A stretch of 64,000 bases of DNA, taken from positions 813,128 through 877,127 of the forward strand of contig OZ240228.1 in NCBI GenBank assembly GCA_965197795.1, written 5' to 3'. Shown here in pieces: positions 28,471 through 39,300 of this stretch (position 1 is its first letter; every line of letters starts with the position of its first letter). The notes under the pieces are model-generated. The model made no database searches. It was given only the letters and a program-made list of their open reading frames with translations, and was not told where the DNA came from. The position numbers were made by a program, and so were the translations under genes. The DNA comes from Dehalococcoidia bacterium. GTDB taxonomy: Bacteria > Chloroflexota > Dehalococcoidia > DSTF01 > WHTK01.

Positions 28471-29936
28471 GTGGATCTCGTGGTCGTCGAAGCGAGCATC
28501 GGGAACCGAGAGATGCGCCGCCCCAGGGGATACGAAGGGGATAGCGTCGGCAAATGTGGGGGCTCATCCTGAGAATGACGCTGTCCAATCCGAACTGCTA
28601 CTCCGCGCTTTGCAGCGGCTTCCGCTGTCTTCTCGAGCAGCTGACCGATGACCTTGTGGCTAGTTGCCGTGACGCCAACCCTCTTCCCAGCAGCCGCCAG
28701 GTCCACGATCATCTCCGCACCGACTGTGGTCTTGCCGGAGTCCGGCGGCCCCTGCACAGCGAGGTAGCTGGCATCCAGCTGAGCCACGAGGCGACGAGCA
28801 GCCGCCTCGGCTGGTTCGTCTGGGCTAGCAAGACTGTCGCCGTTTGGCTGACCAGCGTTGGGAGGCTTTCGTAGCAAGAGGTCTCGAGCAGCTCGAAACG
28901 GCCCCGCTGCGTCGATGCCGTTGTCGATCACCCACTCTGCGATTCGTCGCAGGTTGGCTTGCTGCTCCGGCGTGCGAATATCCTCGAGTGGCACCAAGGA
29001 AGTAGGACTTGGTGGGTCAGCGTTCCTGCCTCGCTTGATCTCGATGGTGCTTGAATCGTCGTCGATAGCGACAACCGTGCCGACGCGCTGACCATCCTGC
29101 GCGGGATCGCGAGGCGTGGAGCCGACGGTGATCTTGTGGTCTTGGGGTGGAAAGCGGAAGCGGTAGATAATCGACTGCCTCTCCTGGCCGACCGGGCCGT
29201 CCGCAATGAGGTCCCCCATGGCGTCGGGCTCCGCAACGCGTTCTTCATCGGTCAGATCGTTGACCAGGTAAAAGTAGCGCCACCACATCGACTTCTCTTC
29301 GCGGCGGTGCCAGCTGAGAAGCTGCGCCAATAGCCGACGTCCCTGCTCCTCGGCGCTGCGGCTGGAAGGGTCTTCGGAAACGCCAGCGACCAGCTTTCCC
29401 GTCAGTTCGAGCGTCAACGCGAGCAACTGCGTCAGATCCTCACTTGCGGTGCCGCTGTCCGCTGCAGGCCTCGGTAGTTCCCCTCCGAGGTCAGCCGCCA
29501 GTTGAGTTCGTAGTGTTTCTAGCCAATCGCGTAACCGCCAAGTGGAGACGCAATCGTCTTTGTTGTATTCCTCGATGCGCTGCAGGATTTCTGGGTCATC
29601 TTCAACCTCGCCACCGAGCTCAAGCCAGGTCTCGAAGGCAACGATGCTCGAACCCGCGTCACGCAAATCGACTGTACGAGTGAACCCGTAGAGGGGTTCC
29701 AGCTTCTTGATCGAGTAGCTCTCGACGGAGGCACGGATGCCCTGACGCACAGCTCGAAACAGATCGACAAAGACGCCGCCACGGAGGAGCCGGTCGACTT
29801 CGTCCTCGCGCGTACCGTAGCGACCCATGAGACGACGCACGGCGGTCTGCTCGTAGGCAGCGTAGTGGTAGATATGAAGGTTTGGGTCCGCTTCGAGACG
29901 GAGCATGACGAGATCGATAAACGCCTCGAACGCCAT
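28464..29936 (-). pseudogene. fragment of a RecB-like nuclease / RNase-H-like exonuclease / SF1 helicase (TM0106-type) gene, truncated at both ends
   Basis: YprB-like 3'-5' exonuclease region (IYHYAAYEQTAV...KDDCVSTW). Walker A LAVQGPPDSGKTTV...VGVTATSHKVIGQLLEK follows, then the frame decays. The N-terminal PD-(D/E)XK part is absent and an IS3 orfA lies immediately upstream. Confidence 0.55.
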
Positions 29937-29939
29937 GTG

Positions 29940-30320
29940 TCAAGTAGATAATCCCCGTTTTTTGAGGACCAGCACCTCCAGCGACGGCTCTGCCACCAGC
30001 TGCTGCAGGCGCTCGTTGTCGCGCTTGAGGCTCGCCACCTCCAGCTGCGTGGCGTCGCGCACCGTCTCGGCTGCAAGCCTCGTCTTGCCAGCCTCCATGA
30101 ACTCCTTGAGCCAGGCGTAGTAGACGTTGGGGTTGATGCCCTCCCGGCGGCAGAGGTCTGACACCCTGGTCTCGCGCCGGAAGCCCTCCAGCACGACGCG
30201 GACCTTCTCCTCCGCCGTGAACTTGCGCCGAGTCGTCCGACGCACTTGCTGGATGAATTGCCGCGTCTCGTCCTCGACCGGCATCGCCTCAGCGGCTGGA
30301 ATCCTGCGCATCCTCGGCAT
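29940..30320 (-). CDS. IS3-family transposase OrfA (HTH); no OrfB present
   Basis: MPRMRRIPAAEAMPVEDETRQFIQQVRRTTRRKFTAEEKVRVVLEGFRRETRVSDLCRREGINPNVYYAWLKEF is a typical IS3/IS911 OrfA. Confidence 0.7.
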   Translation of the reverse strand: MPRMRRIPAAEAMPVEDETRQFIQQVRRTTRRKFTAEEKVRVVLEGFRRETRVSDLCRREGINPNVYYAWLKEFMEAGKTRLAAETVRDATQLEVASLKRDNERLQQLVAEPSLEVLVLKKRGLST

Positions 30321-30525
30321 GTCTCGCTCCTTCTGCCGACGGTAACCTACCGCCACTACAGGAAGCCAGAGCAACCTCAGTCATCCATTAACAATTGCTA
30401 ACTCTGTGTCCGGATTTCGCTGACGGGGAACAGTGCAAGCCAGCGACCAAAGTCTCCATTAGAAATCAGGCCGAAAAGTCCGGATTTCGCCGAAGACGTA
30501 CAGCAAGAGTCCTCGCTGTTCAGGA
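29940..30525 (-). mobile_element. IS3-family remnant (orfA plus left-end IR beginning TGAACAGCG...); orfB is deleted
   Basis: The minus-strand end at about 30525 begins TGAAC, and two GTCCGGATTTCGC direct repeats lie in the leader. It ends 2 bp before repeat unit copy 2. Confidence 0.5.
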
Positions 30526-30527
30526 CC

Positions 30528-30581
30528 GACTATCGATCTTCGGAGTCTGGCGATCGCCCTGACTGTCGATCTTTGCCTAGT
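30528..30581 (-). repeat. bipartite repeat unit, copy 2 (reverse orientation)
   Basis: GACTATCGATCTTCGGAGTC-tggcgatcgccct-GACTGTCGATCTTTGCCTAGT. Nearly the exact reverse complement of copy 5 (47899-47954). Confidence 0.8.
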
Positions 30582-31286
30582 CTCCTCGGTCCACTAACGT
30601 TGGTCTCGCGTGCCGCTTCGTACGAACTCCGTAAGTCGTCCAATTCAACGCATGTGATTCGGTGTGCACACGGTTCACCCGTGTAAGCGTAAGGAGGGAC
30701 ATCGCGCCCATCCGGGGCATTGTCAGTCTTATTCTGATTACACTTCTCGCACAGCAATTGCAAGTTAGTGAGTTCCGAGTGACTTCTTATCGGTATGATG
30801 TGATCCACCGTTAGCTGGTCCGTAGAGTACATGAGCTTATCGCACCTGTTGCACACCAGACCTTGCTTGTATGCAAGCAAGGTCTTCGCTTGGAATTTCT
30901 TGGGGGTGTTTATCCATCTCTGTAACTGGTGATGTGGCAGCTCATTACCGTCGACTTTGTCGTTAGATCGCTTTTTAATATCATCGATTAGGTCGTCGAT
31001 AGTGTGGTAATTGGTACCATCCAAAAGCTCACTGAACATCTCATCGAGTACTCTGGCAACCTCGCTGAACCGCTCGCCAATGCCTCGCATTGAGGCCAAA
31101 GCTTCTGTTTGAGGCAGACTGTTTGAGCTTGGACTAGAGTCCGCGTCCAGGTGAAGGATCGTGCTTTTTTCACCGCAGTCTTCGCATTGCTCAACGGTAG
31201 TAAAGCTTCCGCGGTTAGTCTCCCTCCTGTCGATTTCTTTCCATCTATGAATAACTTGGACTTCGTGCATGGAGCTTTTGTTCATT
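30530..31286 (-). CDS. HNH endonuclease (lower-GC gene); its C-terminal ~18 codons are encoded by the repeat unit
   Basis: HNH motif DHIIPIRSHSELTNLQLLCEKCNQNK. GGAGAGG RBS before the ATG at 31286. The C-terminal LGKDRQSGRSPDSEDR is the translation of repeat copy 2. Confidence 0.7.
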
Positions 31287-31449
31287 TTGCGTACCTCTCC
31301 AGCACGGGGGATCAACGAGTGCCCCGATACCCACCTGGCGAATGGTCAGCCAGTGCTAATTTCTGACATTCTATCTGGAGATGCCTCAGTGCCAAGCCTT
31401 CGTCGTCAAATAATGAACCAAGCCGCCGCGGAGCAGAGGAGACGTTGCT

Positions 31450-31974
31450 GTGCCCAAGCCCCTAACTGCTCTGGGGAGCAGAGCGGCTATCGACCAGGCG
31501 CTGTCCCGGCTTGCCCGCAAAGGGGAACTCATGTGGGTCTGCCAGGGCGTCTATGTCCGGCCCATCCAGACCCGCTTCGGCCCTCGCCCGCCCGCCGTCA
31601 AAAAGGTGATCGTGTCCCTGTCCACACTCTGGGGCGAGACGATTGTACCTTGCGGCGGCGAGGCGGCGAACGCCCTTGCACTCACTACACAGGCGCCAGT
31701 GCGGTCGGTTTACTTGACCTTCGGCCTCAATCGTTGGCTGACGCTCGGTGAGTTGACAGTGGATCTGCGTCATGCCCCCGTTGGCAGTTGGCGGCGCCAC
31801 ACCGGCTGGCCGGCGAGGCAGTCGTGCCCTGTCCTGGCTGGATCCCGGGAGACGAACCTGGACATGATTGGCCGCAAGCTCTCAACCGAAGACTTGCAGG
31901 AGCTGGCCGAATCGCGTGCTGTGATGTCTTCCTGGATAGCAGAATCCATGAGCGCAATGGTTGGCAATGGCTGA
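31450..31974 (+). CDS. AbiEi-like (type IV TA antitoxin / transcriptional regulator family) protein; no AbiEii partner present
   Basis: N-terminal motif LSRLARKGELMWVCQGVYVRP matches the AbiEi_4-type consensus (G.L.R..RGVY). GTG start after GGAGGAG. Confidence 0.55.
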   Translation: MPKPLTALGSRAAIDQALSRLARKGELMWVCQGVYVRPIQTRFGPRPPAVKKVIVSLSTLWGETIVPCGGEAANALALTTQAPVRSVYLTFGLNRWLTLGELTVDLRHAPVGSWRRHTGWPARQSCPVLAGSRETNLDMIGRKLSTEDLQELAESRAVMSSWIAESMSAMVGNG

Positions 31975-32082
31975 CATGTCGTTTCAGTCGCTTTCCCCCG
32001 ACGACGCGGTGGCGGGGGAGCAGACGCGCAACACGACCAACCTGTTCGACGGGTTCTTGCCACCCCGGACTCGGCGCCGCGA

Positions 32083-32138
32083 CTACTAAGCAAAGATCGA
32101 CAGTCCCGCAGGAACCCGGACTCCGAAGATCGATAGTC
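32083..32138 (+). repeat. bipartite repeat unit, copy 3 (forward); start of a 297-bp segment near-identical to 48721-49016
   Basis: CTACTAAGCAAAGATCGACAGTC-ccgcaggaacccg-GACTCCGAAGATCGATAGTC. Confidence 0.85.
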
Positions 32139-32337
32139 TAGCCGTACAAGGTGGTCTGCTTTGGTCTAGGCGAAGACATGGCGTTACCCATCGAAAGCCA
32201 CCGCCGTGACCAGAGCCGAGCATACCGTTCCAGTCACTCGACTGCGAGCTAGCGCGGCAAGACAACGGTCAGCTCGAAGGGATAGCCTTTACTCGCCACC
32301 GCACGAACATGGTGGAGTGTGCACCTAGTGAACAGGC

Positions 32338-32655
32338 CTAGCGTCTCCCGAAGCCCCCGTCGTGCAGTACCGTCTTGCGGCTATGGCAGGTCTGGCACAG
32401 CGCCCGCAGGTTGTCAGCGGCATCGGTCCCACCTCGAGACAACGGCCGGATGTGGTCAATCACCGTAGCCCTGGCGCCGCAGGCTATACAGCGTGGTTGA
32501 CGAGCCAGCACCCTGCGGCGAAGGCTTTGCCACGCGGAACCGTAGCCTCGGCGCGCTGTTGTGGGACGCTGTGCCTGGTGAGCCAGGCAGCGCGCCGACC
32601 GCGTGAGCACGGTGCAGCCAGGCTCAGAACAGGGCGCGGGCAGCCGGCGACGCAT
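32338..32655 (-). CDS. phage-type HNH endonuclease (copy 1)
   Basis: CxxC ... HIRPLSRGG ... NLRALCQTCH. 105 aa. A paralog (~85% identical) is at 48975..49298. Confidence 0.7.
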   Translation of the reverse strand: MRRRLPAPCSEPGCTVLTRSARCLAHQAQRPTTARRGYGSAWQSLRRRVLARQPRCIACGARATVIDHIRPLSRGGTDAADNLRALCQTCHSRKTVLHDGGFGRR

Positions 32656-33011
32656 GGCCGAAGTATAGCGATGGAGGGTTTGGAGCCAACTCCTGAATCT
32701 GAGGTGGAGGGTTTTCAGGAAGTACTAGTAGACACCCAGCCTCCTAGTGATCGCGAGGCCTTTCCGCAGAACGATCCACAACCCTCCACACCATCCATGG
32801 CGGCCCGCGAAAAAGTTAAATCAGGCAATCCTTCCGACCGCGCAAAACCCGTCTTTCATTTTTCCGAAAAAACAGGGGTTGGTTTGGCACCCCGCCGGGC
32901 GGCCGTTTCGAGTCTGGCTCCGGGCGGATCAGACTCAAAACGTGTTTGGCACAAATCGGCAAGTTTTGTGCAAAAACAGGCCAAAAAGTGCACACCGCCG
33001 AGCAGGCGCCC

Positions 33012-33393
33012 ATGACTAGCGGGCGGATACCGAAGCAGAACGCCGACCGTCTGACGACGCATTCGTCGGAGGTCAACGAGGAGCTGCGGCTCCCCGGCAA
33101 AGTGCGTGCCCGGCAAGGTGCACCCACCGGCGGCTCCGGCCCACTGGCCGGAGAACGCACAGAAGTGGTATCGCCTGCTCCGGCGGTCGGGGCAAGCCGC
33201 GCTGCTCGACTACAGCGATTGGGCGCTGGCTTTGGCGGGCGGAGCTTCGAGAGATCAGCGCCGGACCCGACACGATTGGCGCGAGGATCGCTTCGCTTGC
33301 TCAATTGGTGTCAATGCCACGATCTCCCTGACCGCTCCTCATCAAGGTCAAACCGCTCTCCGGAAGCGTTGCCGGTCGCTGTCAGGGCCGTGA
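33012..33393 (+). pseudogene. phage terminase small subunit remnant (frameshifted by a 16-bp tandem duplication near 33100 and diverged at the 3' end)
   Basis: MTSGRIPKQNADRLTTHSSEVNEELRLPGKV matches the intact copy at 49511. ggcaaagtgcgtgccc is duplicated. The downstream frame gives HPPAAPAHWPENAQKWYRLLRRSGQAALLDYSDWALAL, then unrelated sequence. Confidence 0.5.
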
Positions 33394-34084
33394 CCCTCGC
33401 CCTCGAACGGGACTCCCCAGGAATTGCCTCTGCGCCGGGCGTGCACTCGGCGAGCACGGGGATGAGCGTCCTCAGGTGCGGGGTCAAGTGCGCCTCGTCC
33501 AGCAGTACCAGGCTATCGGTCCCCGCCATGGCGGCGTCTATTGGGCGCAGTGTCGATCCATAGCCGCGAAACAGGAGCCGTGAGCCGTACATCGGCAACG
33601 TACACAGGAGGACCGTCGGGCGTGACGGGTCGGCCGGCGCCCGCGAGGCGACTCCCCCGCGCAGCCGGATTACATCGAGCGCTGGTGCGGCTGGCAGGGC
33701 AGAAAGGGAACTGAGACGCTCCGCGACTCCGCCGAGAACATCTCTGGCATGTCCCGAGAGGCCGGCCGAACCGGGATCCGCGAGCACCTTCGCAAGTCTC
33801 TCGGCGTGTTCTGCGGTTGAGTCCACCAATAGGCGCCGGTTGACGACCCACCAAATACGGGTCGGTGCTGTCCGTTGCGCTGGCTCCCGATCCGCCTGCG
33901 ACGCAAGCCACCACACCGCGATGTCCAGGCACGCGGTCTTCCCTGCGCCTGTCGGAACGCCAACCTCTGCGGGCCACTCCTCGGTCTCAGCGACCCGTTC
34001 GGCCAAGCGCGCCTGCCAGGGAAAGGGCTCGCGCCCATTGATCGACCAGTAGAAGTCAGCGAAGGTCGGCGCGGGAGCCATCAT
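33311..34084 (-). pseudogene. cas3: Cas3 helicase (type I-G/I-U style, no N-terminal HD) N-terminal fragment of about 258 aa
   Basis: FADFYWSINGREPFPWQARLAERV...VGVPTGAGKTACLDIAVWW (Q motif and motif I). ...LRGG...TVLLCTLPMYGSRLLFRGYGSTLRPIDAAMAGTDSLVLLDEAHL matches the Cas3 helicase core. The ORF stops after ~258 aa where the terS remnant begins. Confidence 0.55.
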
Positions 34085-34119
34085 CGTTAACCGGGAAGGT
34101 GTTCGCTCGTCATGCCGGA

Positions 34120-34886
34120 CTACCGAGCGGTACGCAGAGCCCAAAGCCGCGCTGTCGCCCGGAGCCGATCGCGACCGGCCCTGAAATCGCTCCACTGAAC
34201 CACAGCTCGACGTGAGAGTAGGGAAGCGCTGGTTTGCCTGGTCGATTCACCTCCACGGGAGCGAGGTCGAGTGCACCCGGGACCAGCGCGGTACGCGATG
34301 GAGTGCATTAGTGCCGGGAACTGCGACCGGCTCACCGAGGCGCCGCGTTCGGTCCACTTCTTATACAGGAGGTTCCAGAGATCGAGATCTCCAGCCTGGG
34401 GCACGTTGATTACGGTGCTGCCGTCGTGATCTGGAACGAACGCGGCGGCACCAACAGTAGACGGGAGTGTCCCGGTCGTGACGCGGACGCGCACCGGCGA
34501 GTCCGAGGAGCCGAGGTAGCCACCCGGGCGGCGCGCCGACGAAGCGCATCAACGATCGCGTCCTCGCGCGGGTTCACCTCCCACGAGTAGCCAACGTGGG
34601 GATAGCGGGGGGCGACCCGCACTCCTGCGCGGCTGAGCGCACCCGAACGGCCCACGTACTCGTGGTGAGTCTCCTTGGCTGCGCTGTCCCCGTGCCGAAC
34701 GACGTACTGCGGCTGAAGCGGCTGGTGAAATGGTTTCGGGTCAGCATAGATGACCGGCGGCGGCAACTGCTCGAACCAATCCAGCTCCGCGCCATCGGTC
34801 ACTCGGCACGCCTCTCCCGTCCCGTCGGCAGCCACTAGTGCTGCGAACAGACGCACTGGAGACGGCTGCCACTCGCCACTGCTCAA
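34120..34886 (-). pseudogene. Csb2 (Cas5/GSU0054 family, type I-G/I-U) N-terminal fragment with an internal frameshift
   Basis: EWQPSPVRLFAALVAADG resembles the WPPSP.RLF.ALVAA signature of GSU0054/Csb2. The reading frame switches near 34495. Total coding is about 255 aa of an expected 500. Confidence 0.4.
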
Positions 34887-35237
34887 GAGACCGGTGTTGG
34901 CGGTCCTGTCCGGATCACCGCGAAACGTCCCGTGGCCGACCGAATGCCGCCGCCGGACAGGGCGAGGCCCACAAGGTTATTTGTTACAGAAGGCTTTCCG
35001 GGAGCGGGACGGCGTCACGCCCGACATCCTCTCGCTCCCTGCTTACCCATTTCTCGACCTCGTCCTCGAAGACAGGGTCGAAGGCAGGTCTGTAGTACTG
35101 CGATCCTTCCTCTGGGGAGCTACCGAGGGGGGGTTTACTGCACCTAGGAATCCCTTTAGATGTTTAGAAACATGCTCTCGCGCGCTTCTGAGGTTCATGT
35201 CGCCAGTTCCTCCTCTTCTTTGCAGGCCCAAAGTGGG

Positions 35238-36349
35238 CTACCACTGCCACCAGACGCTGTCCCACTCGGCCCGGAGGTCAGTGGATGCCCTGGTGGACAT
35301 GACGTCTGATGCCGAGACGGTCTCACCTGGCTGCAACTCTTGGCCGCCTGGGACAGGAGCGAGCCTCCATTGCCGTCCGGTGGGGACGGTACCCTCCGAT
35401 ACGGCGAGTGTCAGCCGTGGCCCCTTGGTGGTGTCTTCAGCTTTGACGACCGTGCCCCTGACCGTCTCGCGGAACATGTCCCATTCGGGCCCGGTAGCTT
35501 TCAGGAACGGGTTGCAAGCGCCCCGGAACGGACAATGATCACATGTCTCCGCCGACGGACTTGCGAGCGAGCCTTCGGACGGTGACCGGCTAACGGCCTC
35601 GTTGAACTCTTCCAGTAGCCGGTAGGCCTCCCTGCCCTGCTCCTCCACTAGGGCCTTGTCCAGTTGGGCCGAGACCCTGGTGCCGTCCGTCCTCTGCAGT
35701 GAGACGACGTCTGGCCACTCACCGTGCTGGTCATGCCAGATGAAGGCGTATAGGAGCAGCTGCCTCCCGTAGCTGGAGTCCGGCCCGAGGGAGGGTTCCG
35801 GCCAGGAGACTCCGTTCTTGATGTCGACTAGTTCTAGCCGGCCGTTGCCTGACTCCACGCGGTCGACCCGTCCGACGAGAAGACCGTCCTTTGTCTCGGT
35901 CCACTCCTCGACGGCTACGCTGCCACGCGCCGGTTGCCCGCCCGCTTCCCGTGGGGCAACCCTCCGGCGGGCTACTTCTGATACTGCATTGACAAGCCTT
36001 ACCCTGGTCAGTTGGTACCTCGGCCAGCGCTCTGGCGGAGGTGGTTGGAGTCCGTCCGGTTCGGACTTTAACTCCTCAACGCGAGCGGCGATCAGTGCCT
36101 CCCACTGTGACCCGACTGCGGTCTCAACCGCGTCTTCATCTAAGCCGTCAAACTCCCCGCGGGCCAGCGCCTCATAGACCCCGTGCACCGCAGTGCCGAG
36201 TAGGGCCCACGTGGACTGTTGCTGCGCCGCTGCGAAGCCCTCGTCCAGGCCGAATGCCACGCGGAGCTGACAAGACCGCAGTCCTTCCAATGTGGAGTGG
36301 CTGGCCCGCTTGAGTGGTGCGAATGTGACCTCGCCAGGCCTTTGCAAGG
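35238..36349 (-). CDS. Cas4-like PD-(D/E)XK nuclease with a C-terminal Cys cluster (start uncertain, overlaps the DruE-like stop)
   Basis: LELVDIKNG (D/ExK) and CDHCPFRGACNPF (Cas4/AddB-type Fe-S Cys motif). It lies immediately downstream of the 1793-aa helicase gene on the same strand. Confidence 0.6.
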
Positions 36350-39300
36350 TTAGGATCCGTTGAGCCAGCTGATGATGTCCACCGAGTGGTGCAGGAGCGA
36401 GAAAAGGTCGGAGGCCCTGATCTCCTGCGCCCCATGCCTCACCATTTGATCCTCCGCCTCCGCCTGCTCGGCTGTATAGAAGGAGCTGTCCGACCGCCAT
36501 AGAGGGTGACCGAAGAAGACTGCGCGGTGGCTGTCCGGCATCGATGCTGTCCAGAGCCCCCCGACCTGGTCGACCTGGGCCTCAGGGAAGCACTCAGCGA
36601 AGCCCCGTACAAGCCGGTCTGCCGTAAGTTGCCAGCGGCTGAAGTCCAATGGCAGGCCCCGGACAAGGTCGTTGACGTCGAGCGCCAGCCGCCAGTCCAA
36701 GAGTGCGTGGACGTGCCGGTTGTCGTAGTGCCGTAGGCAGTCTGGACATGACGTGAGGCACTCGTCCGCGTGGTCCTTCCTCAAGAATCGGTCGCCCAAG
36801 TCCTCTTCGATCCGCTTCAGTACCGAGTTGAGTACTTCAGGTCGGCCTAACTGTGAGCAGTAACCCGCGCCGTTCTCTAGAGTGTCGGCCAGGAAGACCC
36901 GGGCCGTGGGCTCGTCGCCAGAGGACACTGGCTGGAGGCCGGCCCTGACCTCGAGTGGCCCGACGTCCAGCTCAGTCGTGGCCGCTAACCGGAAGACCTC
37001 AGCGAACGACCACAGGGCCGCCCGGCCGGCCGGCATGTGCGCCCGGTTCGTGGAGATCACGCCAGTCGGGCCTGGCAGGTCCTGGCTTTCAACCGTCAAC
37101 GTCAGGACATCGGTCGGGCTGATGCTCCCGATCGCGGCTGTGAGCGTAGGCTCCCGGCCCGTGAGTCCGGCGACTCGGTGCGGTACTTCCGTGTACGTGT
37201 CAGGGTCAGCCACGACGTAGGAGTTGTGGTCGAACCGGTGCATGGCGAACAGCTTTTGGTCGTTGTCGTTGATGCTGAACAGGTCTGCCCCCGGGATAAC
37301 ATCGGTAGTCGCCCCCCCGACGTCGAAGCTGTCTGCGCCCGTCGGGCCATACGCGAGCTGGGGGAACCCGGCGCCGTAGCCACGCTCTACCTCGTCGTCG
37401 TAGTCTCCGGGTTGGAAGTCAGTCCGGAACCCCAATGGTTGGTAGAGGTCGAATGAGTCCATCGCGCTGTCGCACGCCGGGCAGTCGTCACCCGCTGCCT
37501 CGGCGACTGTGACCGCCTGGCAGACTGGGCACCTCCTTACGTGGACTGGTGTGCCTAATGGGTTGGTGACGGGGACCGGGCGGCTCCCTACGAATTCCCA
37601 GGCCGCGAACCCGATGGCCCGGTGGAGCTGCTTGTCCTTCAGCACTTCCGAACCTGGGGCGAAGCTCGATATGGCGATGTCGAGTGCTCGGTCGGATACG
37701 GCTGCACCGTCGTCGAGTGGGCCGCGCGGCGGGCGGCCGTAGAGCTCCCTTACTCGGCTCGGGAAGCCGAACATCGGCAGGACGCCGGCGTTAGCTAACC
37801 GCTCGCTCAGCTCGGGTTGGATGTACGTCTCACTGTTGACTATCTCGTCGATCTTCGCGGCAAGGCCTTCCCGAGCCCAGGCTGATAGGACGGCGAGGTC
37901 ATCGGCACTGAGCCCTGTAAAGGCTGTCAGGCGTTGGACAGCATCGCCTGCTTCCGCAGCATGGGCCAGCCAAGGTACGACGGAGTCCCTGTACTTGGCC
38001 TGCCAGTCGCTTGCGGCGCCGAAAGCGCCGTGCGTACTGTCCCGGGTTTGCCTTGGTCTCTGGTCAGCGGGCACCTGGAGGAAAGCGAGCCGGAGGATTT
38101 CTGAGGCGATCACCCTGCGCACGATTTCGGCCCGGTCGAGGTCGAGGTAAGGGGGAGGTGGCGGGTCGCCTGTAATCCGTTCTGAGTGCAGGAAGTAATA
38201 CTCGTCGTGCGAGCGGTCCCGACACAGCGTCAGGGCGAACGAGAACGGCTGCCCTTTACGGCCGGCTCGCCCGACGCGTTGTTGGTAGTTGAACCGCTGC
38301 GGCGGCATATTGGCCATCATCACGGAGCGGAGCGAACCAATGTCGACGCCGACCTCCATGGTCGTCGTCACGCTGAGGACGTCAATCCCGTGTGTCAGGT
38401 CGGTTTCCTTCGGTTCCCCGAGGAAGGCTCCTTTGAACCTCCTCTGGCGGCCGCGTTGTTCACTCAGCGGCTTCGTCTGCCCTGTCAGCTCCTCGACTGC
38501 GAGGCGGCGAGACTCGTCGCGAGTGAGCCAGGTGAAGTAGTCCTCGTCTATTCCGCCGGTCCAGACTTCCAAGCTGCCACTACAACCACGGAACGTGCAC
38601 GCTCCCGCCGCCTGGTGCAAGTGGAGGCGCGTGCACTTTTGGCACTTCCAGAGCTGCTCCCCAGACGCCCTCACGACGCTGAGTGCGGCCATCTGGAGGT
38701 TCCAGTTGTCGTCGACTACGCCGGACGACCTAAGGGCGTTCTCGACTGCAGAGGTCAGTTCCCCTTGCCCTATGGAGTGGTTGGCCGCGGCCCTTGCAAG
38801 GTACAACCGGAGTGGTGGCGGGACAGTTGTAGACGGGTACTGTTCTCCTTCGCGCGGGTGCCGCCCCGCCAGGCCGAGTACCCGGACGCTCCCGAGTATG
38901 ACTTCCCGCGCGGCTGCGTCTGGCAACGGGATGTCTGCCGTGCTCAGACGGGACGGTTCCAGGTAGCCGAGCCCGATGGACTCAAAGTCTCTTCCGGCGC
39001 TGTCGAAGAGTAACGTGGCGAGGTAGACCTCAAGCTGTCGTCTCAAGTCTTCCTCGACCTGGAGGCTTTCAGCTGGCGAAAGCTGCTGCCATGTCGCTCC
39101 TGTCGGGGGAGGGAACGCCCTCCACCACTCGAGGCCCCGTGGCCGTTGGAGGCTCGCCTTGGGGCCGCCGGGGTTGACGCCCAGTGTTGAGAGGGCTTGC
39201 TCTACTTTGGCGAGGAGGTCTGTCCAGGCGAGCCGGTCGCCCCTGTTGCCCTGCTGGGACTCGAAGTCCTCTATGGTGAGCTTCGCCTCCTCGTCGTCAG

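Noticed and set aside
31788-32141. 117-aa plus ORF and 107-aa minus ORF between the AbiEi-like gene and the repeat unit
   Set aside because: The region contains a terL fragment in a different frame plus the repeat unit. These ORFs are read-through artefacts.
38186-39013. 275-aa plus-strand ORF and other 60-160-aa ORFs inside the DruE-like and DruH-like genes
   Set aside because: Antisense to two long, motif-rich coding regions. Their composition is Arg/Pro-rich junk.
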